Under the pieces are notes generated by a model. The model worked only from the letters and a program-made list of their open reading frames with translations. It searched no databases and was not told the DNA's origin. Source: Candidatus Poribacteria bacterium (GTDB lineage: Bacteria > Poribacteria > WGA-4E > PCPOR2b). Taken from it: a stretch of DNA of 64,000 nt. Below, in pieces: positions 49,262 to 59,344 of this stretch; position 1 is the first letter of the stretch, and each line of letters opens with the position of its first letter. Position numbers and translations under genes: made by a program. The stretch lies in the NCBI GenBank assembly GCA_965116925.1, contig OZ220744.1:2240001-2304000 (forward strand), given 5' to 3'.

Positions 49262-50290
49262 CTACTCGCTTTGAATTCCCACCAAATTAAGTTCTTCTGC
49301 CAAATGACATGCCACAAAATGACCGTCTGAAATTTCACTGAGTTCTGGCTCTTCCTCTCTACATCTCGCTTCGGCATACCTACATCGGGACTGGAAAACG
49401 CATCCGGTAGGCAAATCACTCGGATCGGGCGGTGCCCCTTCGAGGATAATGCGATCACGTCGACCGCGTTGGGTCAGTCTCGGCACGGCTGAATGCAGGG
49501 CTTCGGTGTAGGGGTGGGCGGGGTGGTGCAGCAGTTCGTCGCGCTCGGCGTATTCGACCAATTTGCCGACGTACATGACGGCGATGCGATCGGACACATA
49601 GCGGATAACCGCCATATCGTGCGAGATAAAGAGGTAGGAGAGCCCCAATTCCGCTTGCAGTTCTTGCATCAGGTTCAGGATTTGTGCTTGCACCGACACA
49701 TCGAGGGCAAAGACAGGTTCGTCCGCAACGATGAATTTCGGCTCGATGGAGAGCGCGCGGGCGATACCGATGCGCTGCCTTTGACCTCCACTAAAGCTGT
49801 GTGGGTAGCGGCGCAGGTGTTCTTTTTGCAGCCCCACTTGTATCAGGAGATTTTCAGCCTTCGCTTCCCGTTCTTGGCTTGTCCCGATGTCGTTGCAAAC
49901 TAGCGGCTCAATCACGTTGTCTAGGACCGTCATCCGCTCGTTTAATGAGGCAAAAGGGTCCTGAAAAATCATCTGCATGTTGGCGCGGACTTGGCGCATC
50001 TCGCGGTGGGCAAGTTCAAAGACAGAGAGTTTTTCTTCTTCATCGTGCAGGATGACCTCACCGCCTGTTGGCTCATAAAGCCGGAGGATGGTGCAGCCTA
50101 AAGTAGACTTGCCACAGCCGCTCTCGCCCACAAGCCCCAAGGTTTCACCTTCATTGATTGTGAAGCTGACCCCGTTGACAGCTTTGACATAGCCGATAGT
50201 GCGGCGTAGGAAGCCTTCTTGGATGGGGAAGAACTGGCGTAAATCTCGAACTTCTAGGAGAGGTTTTCCGTTTTTATTCATTGTGGGCAT
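49262..50290 (-). CDS. oligopeptide/dipeptide ABC transporter ATP-binding protein (OppF-like)
   Basis: [16 protein letters not shown] and C-terminal Cys motif. Confidence 0.93.
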   Translation of the reverse strand: MPTMNKNGKPLLEVRDLRQFFPIQEGFLRRTIGYVKAVNGVSFTINEGETLGLVGESGCGKSTLGCTILRLYEPTGGEVILHDEEEKLSVFELAHREMRQVRANMQMIFQDPFASLNERMTVLDNVIEPLVCNDIGTSQEREAKAENLLIQVGLQKEHLRRYPHSFSGGQRQRIGIARALSIEPKFIVADEPVFALDVSVQAQILNLMQELQAELGLSYLFISHDMAVIRYVSDRIAVMYVGKLVEYAERDELLHHPAHPYTEALHSAVPRLTQRGRRDRIILEGAPPDPSDLPTGCVFQSRCRYAEARCREEEPELSEISDGHFVACHLAEELNLVGIQSE

Positions 50291-50502
50291 ATTGGTTCAT
50301 GAGTTCATTGAATTGGCGAACCCTATACATTGCGCTCCGCTGGAGCGCAGCAATGGTAGGGATCACGATTCTATAGACATATCGCTCCTCTGGAGCGAAG
50401 GGTAGAGCGACGACGGGCGGGGAAACCCCGCCCCTACCAGTGGATTTGCGATAGATAGCAACTCGGATTAAACTTCTTGTATAATTTTTGGGGTAGTGAA
50501 TT

Positions 50503-50745
50503 TTAGACGTCGGTTACTTCTCGTATTGTGGCGGTAGTAGGTTCGGTGATTTGGGTATTTTCTTCAGACCGCGCCAATTGGTAGGCTGCTAGTTCTTCAT
50601 GTAAACGGCTAATCATTTTTTTTAGGCTGGCGCGAGAGTATTTCTGGTTGGGATAAGGCTGACGCTCCTGTACTTTTTCTAACCGTTTTTCTAGCTCTCG
50701 TAATTGTCCTTCGACAATTTTGCGTTCTTGGTCGTTCTGAATCAT
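50503..50745 (-). CDS. small coiled-coil hypothetical protein (antitoxin-like)
   Basis: MIQNDQERKIVEGQLRELE..; RBS GGAGG. Inserted between the two ABC ATPase genes. Confidence 0.55.
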   Translation of the reverse strand: MIQNDQERKIVEGQLRELEKRLEKVQERQPYPNQKYSRASLKKMISRLHEELAAYQLARSEENTQITEPTTATIREVTDV

Positions 50746-50823
50746 AGTTGTACCTCCACACGATTTTACCATAAGTTACGCCACTTTTCCAGACCAAGAC
50801 GCGAAACCCATAATTTTGCAGTT

Positions 50824-51092
50824 TCTTAACCTTTGGTGCTAGTTTAGCGAGAGAGTCTTTTCCACATTGTTCAAGTCGCTTTGGATCCCCCCGATAAATC
50901 GGGATAAACTAATTATCGGGGAGTTCATTGGTTCATTAGTCGGTTGGTTGATTCATTCTTCTTATGTTCCCGCCTTCGGATACACATGTCGCCCCTCTGG
51001 GGCTTTAGGGTATTTGTTTATCTGTGTACTATAAACATGTCGCCCCTTTGGGGCTAAATGCACCGCTGAACCAATGATTTTTACGTTTCACG
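50824..51092. repeat. composite dispersed repeat (copy of 34186-34370 with inserts)
   Basis: Shared blocks from TCTTAACCTTTGGTGCTAG to TTTCACG. Confidence 0.75.
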
Positions 51093-51139
51093 TCATCAAC
51101 AACTGCAAACTAGCATCATTGGTTATTACTCACAATTCG

Positions 51140-52156
51140 TCACTCGTTACCATAAAGATAACAGGCAACAAAGTGATTGGGTTCTGTCTCGATGATTGGG
51201 ACCGGTTTCGGTTGATCACAGATGCCGGGCATAAACTCGGAGCAGCGCGAGGCGAAAACACAGCCCGGCGGTAGGTCCCTAGGGCTAGGAACAACACCCG
51301 GAATCGGCACCAGTTTTTCGAGGGGACCGTCCACGCTGGGGATAGATCGCCACAGCCCTTGGGTGTAAGGGTGCAGTGGATTATCGAAAATGGCATCGGT
51401 GGTGCCAAACTCAACCCGCTTGCCAAGATACATGACCGCAATATCATCCGCCATCTCTGAAACAACCGCTAGATTGTGTGAGATGAGCATGATTGCCATC
51501 CCTGTTTGTGCTTGAAGGTCGGTCAGGAGTTCCAAGATCTGTGCCTCAATTGTGACATCGAGCGAGGTTGTCGGTTCATCGGCAATCAGGAGCATGGGCG
51601 AGCAGCAGAGTGCCATGGCAATCATCGCGCGTTGGCGCATACCGCCGCTAAACTCGTGCGGGTAGGCGTCAATGCGTTGTTCTGGATTGGGAATGCCCAC
51701 TTGACGTAACAGGTCAATCGCTTGATCGCTTGCCTCACTCTTGTCGGCTGCCTTGTTATGGATCAGAATCGTCTCCGTAATCTGGTCGCCAATCGTATGC
51801 AGGGGACCAAATGAGGTCATCGGTTCTTGGAAGATCATGCCGATGTCGTCTCCCCGGATATTTCGCATCGCTTCTTCTGTGGGTTTGAGTTTGGTGATAT
51901 CAACGACCTCGCCATCTCGATGCAGCAGGATTTCGCCGTCAACAATCTTGCCGGGTGGCGATGGAATGAGTCGTAGAATTGAATGGGCAGTGACCGACTT
52001 GCCACAGCCGCTCTCGCCGATGACGCCCAAGGTTTTGCCACGCGCAATCGTCAAATCTACCCCATCGACGGCGCGGATTGTCCCTGTGTCGAGGGTGAAG
52101 TGGGTTTTCAGGCTTTTGATTTCCAGAATGAGGTCTTCGGTGTTGTCTTTAGGCAT
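51140..52156 (-). CDS. oligopeptide/dipeptide ABC transporter ATP-binding protein (OppD-like)
   Basis: [16 protein letters not shown] and DEPTTSLD motifs. Confidence 0.93.
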   Translation of the reverse strand: MPKDNTEDLILEIKSLKTHFTLDTGTIRAVDGVDLTIARGKTLGVIGESGCGKSVTAHSILRLIPSPPGKIVDGEILLHRDGEVVDITKLKPTEEAMRNIRGDDIGMIFQEPMTSFGPLHTIGDQITETILIHNKAADKSEASDQAIDLLRQVGIPNPEQRIDAYPHEFSGGMRQRAMIAMALCCSPMLLIADEPTTSLDVTIEAQILELLTDLQAQTGMAIMLISHNLAVVSEMADDIAVMYLGKRVEFGTTDAIFDNPLHPYTQGLWRSIPSVDGPLEKLVPIPGVVPSPRDLPPGCVFASRCSEFMPGICDQPKPVPIIETEPNHFVACYLYGNE

Positions 52157-52344
52157 AGGTGTTATAGTAGATTTTAGAACCACTCAGATCCTCCCTAATG
52201 CAGAGCTAACCCCCTAAATCCCCCTTGTCAGGGGGACTTTGGCAACTTTGCAAAGGTCGGAGTTATTGGTAAATGTCCACTGATTTTCATTGGTTCATTA
52301 GTGCATTTTTCACGTTTCACGCATCACGTTTCACGCTTTTTGCG

Positions 52345-53523
52345 TTATCTTGACGAAGCGTAAGGGTCGGCGGCATCACGCAGACCGTCGCCGACGAAGT
52401 TGAACATGAGAATGGCTCCGACAACAAAGAGTGCCGGGATAAGCATCCAAGGAAAGTTAGCAAGGACATTCACATCTTGTGCCTCTTGCAGTAGGGTGCC
52501 CCAGCTGACCGCAGGGGGTCTGATGCCAAGCCCTAGAAAACTGAGGGCGGTTTCGCCCAAGATCATGCCGGGGATTGCCAACGTCATGTGAACAATCAGA
52601 TAGCTGCTGAAAGCGGGTAGCAGATGTTTGAAGATGATGCGTTTATCGCTTGCGCCGGCGGCTTTGGCTGCCAGTGCGAACTCTTCTTCCCGCAGACTAA
52701 TAATTCTGCCTCGGACCACACGCGCAAGCCCTGTCCAGCCCCGGATTGACAGAATCAGGGTGATTGCAAGGTAGATGTTGATTGTCCCCCAATCGCGGGG
52801 GAGTGCCGCGGACAGGGCAATCCAGATCGGGATGTCGGGGACGCTGATCAACACTTCGATGACCCGTTGGATGGATTCATCGACCACGCCACCGTAATAG
52901 CCGGAGATACCCCCTAAGATGCTCCCCAAGATAAAAGCGACCACAACGCCTCCAAAACCGATAAACAGGGAGATGCGTCCGGCAAAGAGGATTCTGGAGA
53001 AAACATCTCGACCTAGACGGTCTGATCCAAACAGTAACAGCGGCACGTGCCGGTTTTCAAGACCAAAAAATTTGTGTTGTATGGGAATGAATCCCAACAG
53101 TTTATACGGTTCTGTCTTTACAAAGAAGCGAATGGTATGTGGCTTTGATGGGTCTTCCGAATACTCGTACTTGAAGGTGTCGGTGTTTAATTCTCTCTTG
53201 ATTTCATAGATATGGGGACGGTTTAACCTGCCGTCTGTATTGATAAAGTGGATGCGAGTTGGTGGAACGTCATTGAAATCCTTAAATCGTTCAAGGGGAC
53301 CAAACGGGGCAAAGAAGTCCGCAAAGATTGAGACAAAGTAGAGTATCGCTAGAAGGACAAGCGAGATACGGGCAAGTTTATGCCTTTTGAAAGCGTGCCA
53401 CACCAATTTGCGTTGCGAGGCGTAGTACAGGCTTTCTTGCAGCCGTTTCGCACGGGCTTCTCTCCGTCCGACGTAGCCGGAGGTGATCCTTGAAAAGAAT
53501 GAGTGTATTGGTGTTTGGTTCAT
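52345..53523 (-). CDS. ABC transporter permease (OppC-like)
   Basis: GSDRLGRD, EAA-type loop AAKAAGAS and ETALSFLGLG. Start uncertain (53523 or 53586). Confidence 0.9.
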   Translation of the reverse strand: MNQTPIHSFFSRITSGYVGRREARAKRLQESLYYASQRKLVWHAFKRHKLARISLVLLAILYFVSIFADFFAPFGPLERFKDFNDVPPTRIHFINTDGRLNRPHIYEIKRELNTDTFKYEYSEDPSKPHTIRFFVKTEPYKLLGFIPIQHKFFGLENRHVPLLLFGSDRLGRDVFSRILFAGRISLFIGFGGVVVAFILGSILGGISGYYGGVVDESIQRVIEVLISVPDIPIWIALSAALPRDWGTINIYLAITLILSIRGWTGLARVVRGRIISLREEEFALAAKAAGASDKRIIFKHLLPAFSSYLIVHMTLAIPGMILGETALSFLGLGIRPPAVSWGTLLQEAQDVNVLANFPWMLIPALFVVGAILMFNFVGDGLRDAADPYASSR

Positions 53524-53588
53524 TGGTATATTAGTACATTGAATTGGTGAACACTCGTCTGAATTAGGTTTGAGGCGATGGCTCATAA

Positions 53589-53856
53589 TTATAGTAGATT
53601 TTAGAATTAATGGGACACTCCAAATCGGCGCAGTTAGAAACAGCGCCTACCAAACATGGGGGCGAAAGTGTCTATTTATTTTTTGAATTCAGTTAGGACT
53701 TACGCACTTCAGTAGGGAACGCAGATCTGCGTTCCCTACGAATCCCTTATGGAATCTCTGTTGTAGTTGCCCGATTCATCGGGCGTTGGGACGGGTGTGC
53801 AGAGGCGATAAATCGCCGAACTACAAAACGTTGAACATTCAACTGCGTAACTCCTA
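53589..53856. mobile_element. tandem MITEs (TATAGT family followed by AGGACTTACGCA family)
   Basis: 53589-53690 matches the 47713 element; 53694-53856 matches the 19710 element. Confidence 0.75.
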
Positions 53857-53924
53857 TCAGTATAATAAATGGTGCAACAGAAACCGAGTTTTGAAGGAAA
53901 AACTCGATTTCTCTTATGGGTTGT

Positions 53925-54923
53925 TTAAGTGCGAATTCTTTCAAAGCGGATGCGTGGATCCACCCATGCGAGCAGAATATCTGAAAGCAGGGTGCCCACG
54001 ACTGTCAGGCTGCTTAGGATCATCACGATGCTGCCGACCAGAAACATATCTTCGCCCAAAGCGGCTGCGAGGAGTACGGGCCCCAGCGTTTCCAAGCCCA
54101 GCGTTTGAGAGACGATAATCTCACCGCTGACAATAAAGGGTAATGTCCAGCCGATAGTACTGATGAGCGGATTAATCGCAACCCGTACCGGATATTTCAT
54201 AATGAGTCGCCGTTCCGGCAATCCTTTTGCCCGTGCGGTGGTGACGTACTGTTTGTTTTTTTCGTCTAGCAGAGTAGCGCGAAGAATGCGGATCAGCGAT
54301 GCAGTGCCGGCACTGGCGATGACCACGATGGGCAGCCAAATATTTCCCAATAGGTCAACGAACTTGTCGATTGACCACGGCGCGCCCTTGTATTCTATGG
54401 AAAACAGACCCGTGATTGCCCTGCCCGTACCGGCGAATACCCAATATCCGAGTGCCAAGGCTAGCAGGAAGTTGGGTAACGCAAGCCCGACAAAGCCGAT
54501 GACGGTGGCGACGTAATCGCCCACCGAATACTGCTTCAGCGCGGAGTAGATGCCGATGGGGACAGCTATCAGCCACGTAACCACCAGAGAGGCTAAGGCG
54601 ATAGTCGCAGACATAGGCAGCCTCTCCATGATAACGTCCTTCACCGGGCGTTGGTAGATGAAGGATCGCCCCATTTCACCTTTCAGTAGAAAATTGCTCA
54701 TCCACAGGACGTACTGCAGCACGGCGGGTTGATCAAGACCGTACTGCTTATAAATTGCCTCGATTTGTCCCTGATCCATTATGAATCCTGTGCGTTCGAG
54801 ATTTTGGACGTAGGTTTCCACATAGCTACCGGGTGGCAGCAAGATTGTGGCGAAAGAGATAACGGAGATTAGGAAAAGCAGGGGGATAATGAGTATCAAC
54901 CGGCGTATGATAAACGCTCGCAT
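53925..54923 (-). CDS. ABC transporter permease (OppB-like)
   Basis: YGLDQP, YVTTARAKGL and DPRIR motifs. Confidence 0.92.
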   Translation of the reverse strand: MRAFIIRRLILIIPLLFLISVISFATILLPPGSYVETYVQNLERTGFIMDQGQIEAIYKQYGLDQPAVLQYVLWMSNFLLKGEMGRSFIYQRPVKDVIMERLPMSATIALASLVVTWLIAVPIGIYSALKQYSVGDYVATVIGFVGLALPNFLLALALGYWVFAGTGRAITGLFSIEYKGAPWSIDKFVDLLGNIWLPIVVIASAGTASLIRILRATLLDEKNKQYVTTARAKGLPERRLIMKYPVRVAINPLISTIGWTLPFIVSGEIIVSQTLGLETLGPVLLAAALGEDMFLVGSIVMILSSLTVVGTLLSDILLAWVDPRIRFERIRT

Positions 54924-54949
54924 AGGTCTTTTTCCCCTTGTCAGTCTTG

Positions 54950-57025
54950 TTATTGCGGTGTCTTGAAGAAAAGTTGTTCCATGCCGTAATCCAAGGCGCG
55001 GTCAAAAGGATAGCCGTCCTTAATCACGTTGCCCAGATCCGCGTTGTATACGGTGGGAACAGTCATTCTTCCTACGGGCCAAATGGTGACGTAGTGCTGT
55101 GAGAACCAGTCCACGAGATCCGCGTAAAGTGCTTCTCCTGCTGCTGATTGGGGTGGAACTACCTTCCGAGCCACGTGTAGATCGAAAAACTCTTGCAAAT
55201 AAGGCGGGGGTTTCCGTCCGGATTCGCCATTCGTGTTGAAGTACATCTCTGACATCGGTGCCCAGTGACCCTTAAATCCGGGCCAATAGTCCTCGGAGAT
55301 GCCGGGTGCCCATATCGGTTCATCGCTCCAGTGGATGGTTGCCATCAGTTCGTTGCCGTTCATGCGCTGACCGAACAGTGAATTGCCGATTACGTCAAGA
55401 GTTGTGCGAATCCCCACATTTTCAAAATAGTTTTTTAAGAGTTCGCCTAAGCCTAGAAAATCGGGTGAGACTTCGGCGGTGGTAATTGTCAACTCAAAAC
55501 GATCGCCGTTGGGATCAGTTCGGAAGCCGTCAGCGTCGCGTCCGGTCATGCCAACCGCGTCGAGCAGCCGATTAGATGCTTCAGGATCGAAGGTTTCTTT
55601 GGTGAAGCCGTCAAGGGTGTAATGACCAAAATAGAGGGTGTTATTCACGTCCTCCTTGTCGATTGCACTGGCTATCGCGCTGCCGAAACGTGGGTCGGAG
55701 ACAAGTTGCTGCCAGACGCTGCCCTCATTTTCGTAATCATAGTCGTGGTTGAGGAACAGAATCGGTGGGTTGTTGATTGAGCCGTGGAGGACTGTCTTAA
55801 TGTTGGAGCGCGCTGCATTTTCCCGATAGAGGGGCATCTCCCGGATTTGGGCGTAAGAGGTAACCACATCATACTCCCCAGCAGCTGTTTTCAGAATGAT
55901 AGACTGAAGTTGGTTTGAGACTTCTGCTTCGACCCGGTCGATGTAGGGGAGTTGGTTGCCGGCGATATCGACCTTCCAGTAGTAGGGGTTACGAACTACA
56001 CGGACGACAGAACTAGTGACCTCTTCGGTGATCCATGGAGTCAGTGACGGGACACCGACGCCGTGCTCGCGGTATAATTCCCAGTGGCGCATGTCCTTGA
56101 GGATGACGAGGTCTTCCCAACTCCTCATCTCTAACTCATCAAGAATCGGTTGAATTTTCTCTATGTCTGTATAATCGGCGTGGAACTGTTTGATGAAGTG
56201 GGCGGGTCGAAAGAGGAGAGTATAATCTGGAATCCAAGAAGACAGTTCCGCTAGAAATTGACCGTAGGGGGCATCAAAGGTGATTCTGAAGGTCAACTCA
56301 TTGATGATAGTGAGTTTGCCGGGTGTCCCGTCTGCCCGCCCTAAGGTTCTGGCTTTGATGGGGAAGCTGGGATAAATTCGCTCATCGCCGTAGAGCTCGA
56401 AGGTCATCCGCACATCTTCAGTGGTAACAGGAACCCCATCTGACCATTTGATACCTTCGCGGATGGTGAGTGTGTATTGCGTAAAATCAGGACTGATTTC
56501 GTAACTGCTCACGATAGCGGGAAGTGGGTCCTTGGTACTCTGGTCGGGTGCCCGGAGAATCGTCATCCCCATCGCCAACGCCAATTCGTGCATCGAGCCG
56601 TTAAGGTTGGTTGTACGAATAGTGCCGCCGTAGCGACCGACCTCCCAATCGAGCCACTTTTCGGAGTTTAACACCCCCGGTCCCACCACAAACGGTTCTT
56701 GAGGAAGGCGTTCGGAGATAGGGGGTAATTCGCCGGCAGCAACTAAGTCGGCGAAGAAGGGTACTTCGTTGTATGTGGCTGGCGGAGGATACTTTTGACT
56801 ATTGACCGAGATGGGATCTGATGCCAATAAAAGGTTTGAAGACAGGCGAGGTAGAGGGGTTTGTGATGGAGTTGCAATAGATTCAGTTGAACCTATATCT
56901 CCTGTTGTTTCTGCGTCACTATCAGAAGATGTCTTATCCACGTCCCCGCGACAAGCGACTAAAACAAACGTGAGACTGATAGAGAAACATATAGTCTTTA
57001 GGAGTTTTGCTTTCTTGTGCTTCAT
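54950..57025 (-). CDS. family 5 ABC substrate-binding lipoprotein
   Basis: Lipobox LVAC; LPPISERLP, KWSDG.P.T.ED and RNPYYWKVD..GNQLPYID motifs. Confidence 0.92.
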   Translation of the reverse strand: MKHKKAKLLKTICFSISLTFVLVACRGDVDKTSSDSDAETTGDIGSTESIATPSQTPLPRLSSNLLLASDPISVNSQKYPPPATYNEVPFFADLVAAGELPPISERLPQEPFVVGPGVLNSEKWLDWEVGRYGGTIRTTNLNGSMHELALAMGMTILRAPDQSTKDPLPAIVSSYEISPDFTQYTLTIREGIKWSDGVPVTTEDVRMTFELYGDERIYPSFPIKARTLGRADGTPGKLTIINELTFRITFDAPYGQFLAELSSWIPDYTLLFRPAHFIKQFHADYTDIEKIQPILDELEMRSWEDLVILKDMRHWELYREHGVGVPSLTPWITEEVTSSVVRVVRNPYYWKVDIAGNQLPYIDRVEAEVSNQLQSIILKTAAGEYDVVTSYAQIREMPLYRENAARSNIKTVLHGSINNPPILFLNHDYDYENEGSVWQQLVSDPRFGSAIASAIDKEDVNNTLYFGHYTLDGFTKETFDPEASNRLLDAVGMTGRDADGFRTDPNGDRFELTITTAEVSPDFLGLGELLKNYFENVGIRTTLDVIGNSLFGQRMNGNELMATIHWSDEPIWAPGISEDYWPGFKGHWAPMSEMYFNTNGESGRKPPPYLQEFFDLHVARKVVPPQSAAGEALYADLVDWFSQHYVTIWPVGRMTVPTVYNADLGNVIKDGYPFDRALDYGMEQLFFKTPQ

Positions 57026-57058
57026 ATCCTTATGAGCTTCTGAATTTCTCTCATATCC

Positions 57059-58102
57059 TTAGCCACTGAGGACTTCCCGTTCACGGTCTGAACCTGATAG
57101 TGGGAGCTCTGTCCACGCTGCATTGCGAGCGTGTGAGGCGTGAAAGCCGACGATGGCTTCCAGCGTATCGACAGCTTCGGAGGCGGGGTAGGGAAATTCG
57201 GTCCCACCATCAAGCCACTCTACGATCTCTGAGACCGCCCGGTCCATTCCCGACACCTCATCGCTAGCACCACTCCACTGTTCCTGATTTCCGTTCCAGT
57301 ATTCGAGAGTTACATTGCTGCCGTCGGAGATAGCACGTCCTTCAGTGCCGTTGAGGGTTATTTGTCCCGGAACGGTGGCGTAGTCCCCTGCGTCCACTGT
57401 AACCATGATTCCGCCCTCCAATTTTATGACACCCCACCCGCCGGGATCACGGAATTCGGGTCCGCGACAGTCGGGTTTTCCGGCGAGGTCAAGTGTGGCG
57501 GAGACCGCTTCGATCCTTCGACCGGTGAGCATAAGGAGCGCATCAATCATGTGGGTGCCGACGTTTCCCAGCCTACCGGATCCCCACTGCAATGATGCGG
57601 AGGTCAATTCTCCCAGACCGTCTGCGGCGATAAGGTCTCGCAGCCGTCGGTGGTTGAGGTTGAACCGTCTTTGGTGGTTGAGGACCAGAAGCGCACCCGC
57701 TTCTTCACATGCTTCAAGCATCTGTTCTGCGTCCGGGAGTCGTGTCGCTATCGGCTTTTCACAGTAGATAGCGCGGATCCCCTGTTTGGCGCACGCAACG
57801 GTGATTTCTGCATGTACCGGTGCATAGGTTGCTACGCTCACAATGTCGAGTGCCTCTTTCGCCAGCATTTCCTCCCAGTTAGCGTAGGTCGTTGTGCTTG
57901 CGCGTTGTGCAAAGCGTTCTCGGCGTCCGGGATCGCGGCTGCTGCCGACAATCCGATTGACGTGGGGATGGTTGGATAGGGCGTCAAAGTGGGTGCCGTC
58001 GAGGCCGCTGACCTGTTGACCGAGGGCATCTCCGGAGACTTGGTCTGCCCCGCCGATAAAACCGAGTCCGATAATGCCCGCCCGGTAGGTTGCGTTGGTC
58101 AT
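57059..58102 (-). CDS. Gfo/Idh/MocA family oxidoreductase
   Basis: IIGLGFIG, CEKPIA and NHQRRF motifs. Start corrected to MTNATY because the upstream ORF extension is a repeat. Confidence 0.9.
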   Translation of the reverse strand: MTNATYRAGIIGLGFIGGADQVSGDALGQQVSGLDGTHFDALSNHPHVNRIVGSSRDPGRRERFAQRASTTTYANWEEMLAKEALDIVSVATYAPVHAEITVACAKQGIRAIYCEKPIATRLPDAEQMLEACEEAGALLVLNHQRRFNLNHRRLRDLIAADGLGELTSASLQWGSGRLGNVGTHMIDALLMLTGRRIEAVSATLDLAGKPDCRGPEFRDPGGWGVIKLEGGIMVTVDAGDYATVPGQITLNGTEGRAISDGSNVTLEYWNGNQEQWSGASDEVSGMDRAVSEIVEWLDGGTEFPYPASEAVDTLEAIVGFHASHARNAAWTELPLSGSDREREVLSG

Positions 58103-58119
58103 GGATCTATTCTCCTGAA

Positions 58120-58313
58120 TTATGGTGGACCTTAGAATTAATGAGACACTCCAAACCGGCGCAGTTAGGAAACCTCGCCTACCGGGGAGGGAAAAATTCG
58201 GGCGATGACCCCGGTAGGTGCGGTTTGTAACCGCACCGCATCGGCGCAGTTGCAAACAGTGCCTACCAAACCCGGGGAGTGAAAGTGTCTATTTATTTTT
58301 ATAATTCACTATA
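58120..58313. mobile_element. MITE (TATAGTG family) with internal REP-like hairpins
   Basis: TTATGGTGGACCTTAGAATTA...ATTCACTATA. Confidence 0.75.
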
Positions 58314-58402
58314 GTTCACTGGTTGTGAGTGTTGGGTTTCACGGTTCCCGTTCAACCCAACCTACGATATGGTTACGGCATACGGAGTATGCCTACTACT
58401 TT

Positions 58403-59242
58403 TTATGGGCGTTCACCGTGTCGTAGCCGTTTGTCAATTAGATCTAGGATCGGTGGTACATCCCAGATGCCATCTACCACATAGTGTGCGCCGGTCTGTT
58501 GCATTCGCGTATACGCTTGTGCGAGCTTGGCTTTCTGCACATCTTGGGGTAGGGCTGCGATTTCCCCTTCGTTAAGTCCGATCTCATTGCCGGTTTTGGC
58601 GAGACCGATGGTCCACATGCCGGCGTTGAGTCCTTCTTCGATGTCTGGAAGGGTATCGCCCACTTTGACGATTGCTTCCATCGGATAGATCCCTAGATTC
58701 ATCGCGTTTTGGAGGCACATCCACGGTTCTGGACGACCGGCAGGCACATCGCTCGCGCAGACCGTAGCGTCCGGTGTATAGCCGCGATCCGTTGCTTCTT
58801 TGAGGAGGAGTTCCATCATCTCGCGGAGGTAGCCGGTGGTGGATCCGATTTTTAGTCCTCGGTTGCGAAAGGCGGCGACAGCTTCTAAGGTGCCGGGGAT
58901 CAGATCTGCGTAGTCTGCAAGGCAAGCGAGTTGGAGCGGGATGAACTCTTGGAACATGGCTTCGACATCGTCTTCGTCCGGCTGACACCCATGGGCGTCT
59001 TGCCATCGCTGTGCCACGGCTTCAATCTGTGAGATCTTCCGAATGTGCACTTTTTTGTGCGCCCCCATCGGCACACGTGCCTCTTCGATGGTGATTGGAA
59101 CGTCCTTGCGTTTGTAGACCTCTACGAACACAACGGCGGGAGCGTAGCAGCCATAGTCCATGGTGGTGCCCGCCCAATCTAGAATGATTGCTTTTAACGG
59201 GCCTCGATAGGTTCGCTGATAGGTATATTCAAGTGTTGTCAA
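58403..59242 (-). CDS. phnX: phosphonoacetaldehyde hydrolase
   Basis: DWAGTTMDYG, MGAHKKVHI (Schiff-base Lys), GRPEPWM and KVGDT..DIEEGLNAGMWT motifs. Confidence 0.93.
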   Translation of the reverse strand: MTTLEYTYQRTYRGPLKAIILDWAGTTMDYGCYAPAVVFVEVYKRKDVPITIEEARVPMGAHKKVHIRKISQIEAVAQRWQDAHGCQPDEDDVEAMFQEFIPLQLACLADYADLIPGTLEAVAAFRNRGLKIGSTTGYLREMMELLLKEATDRGYTPDATVCASDVPAGRPEPWMCLQNAMNLGIYPMEAIVKVGDTLPDIEEGLNAGMWTIGLAKTGNEIGLNEGEIAALPQDVQKAKLAQAYTRMQQTGAHYVVDGIWDVPPILDLIDKRLRHGERP

Positions 59243-59344
59243 TGTGTAGTCTCTCCATAAGGTTGAAATAGTAGGATTATGTGAAACGTGAAACGTGGTA
59301 AGTGAAACGTGAAAAATGAACTAATGAACCGATGAACCAATAAA

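Noticed and set aside
58103..58255. N-terminal ORF extensions (also 4536-4640)
   Set aside because: They are translated MITE/REP sequence; better starts with an RBS lie downstream.
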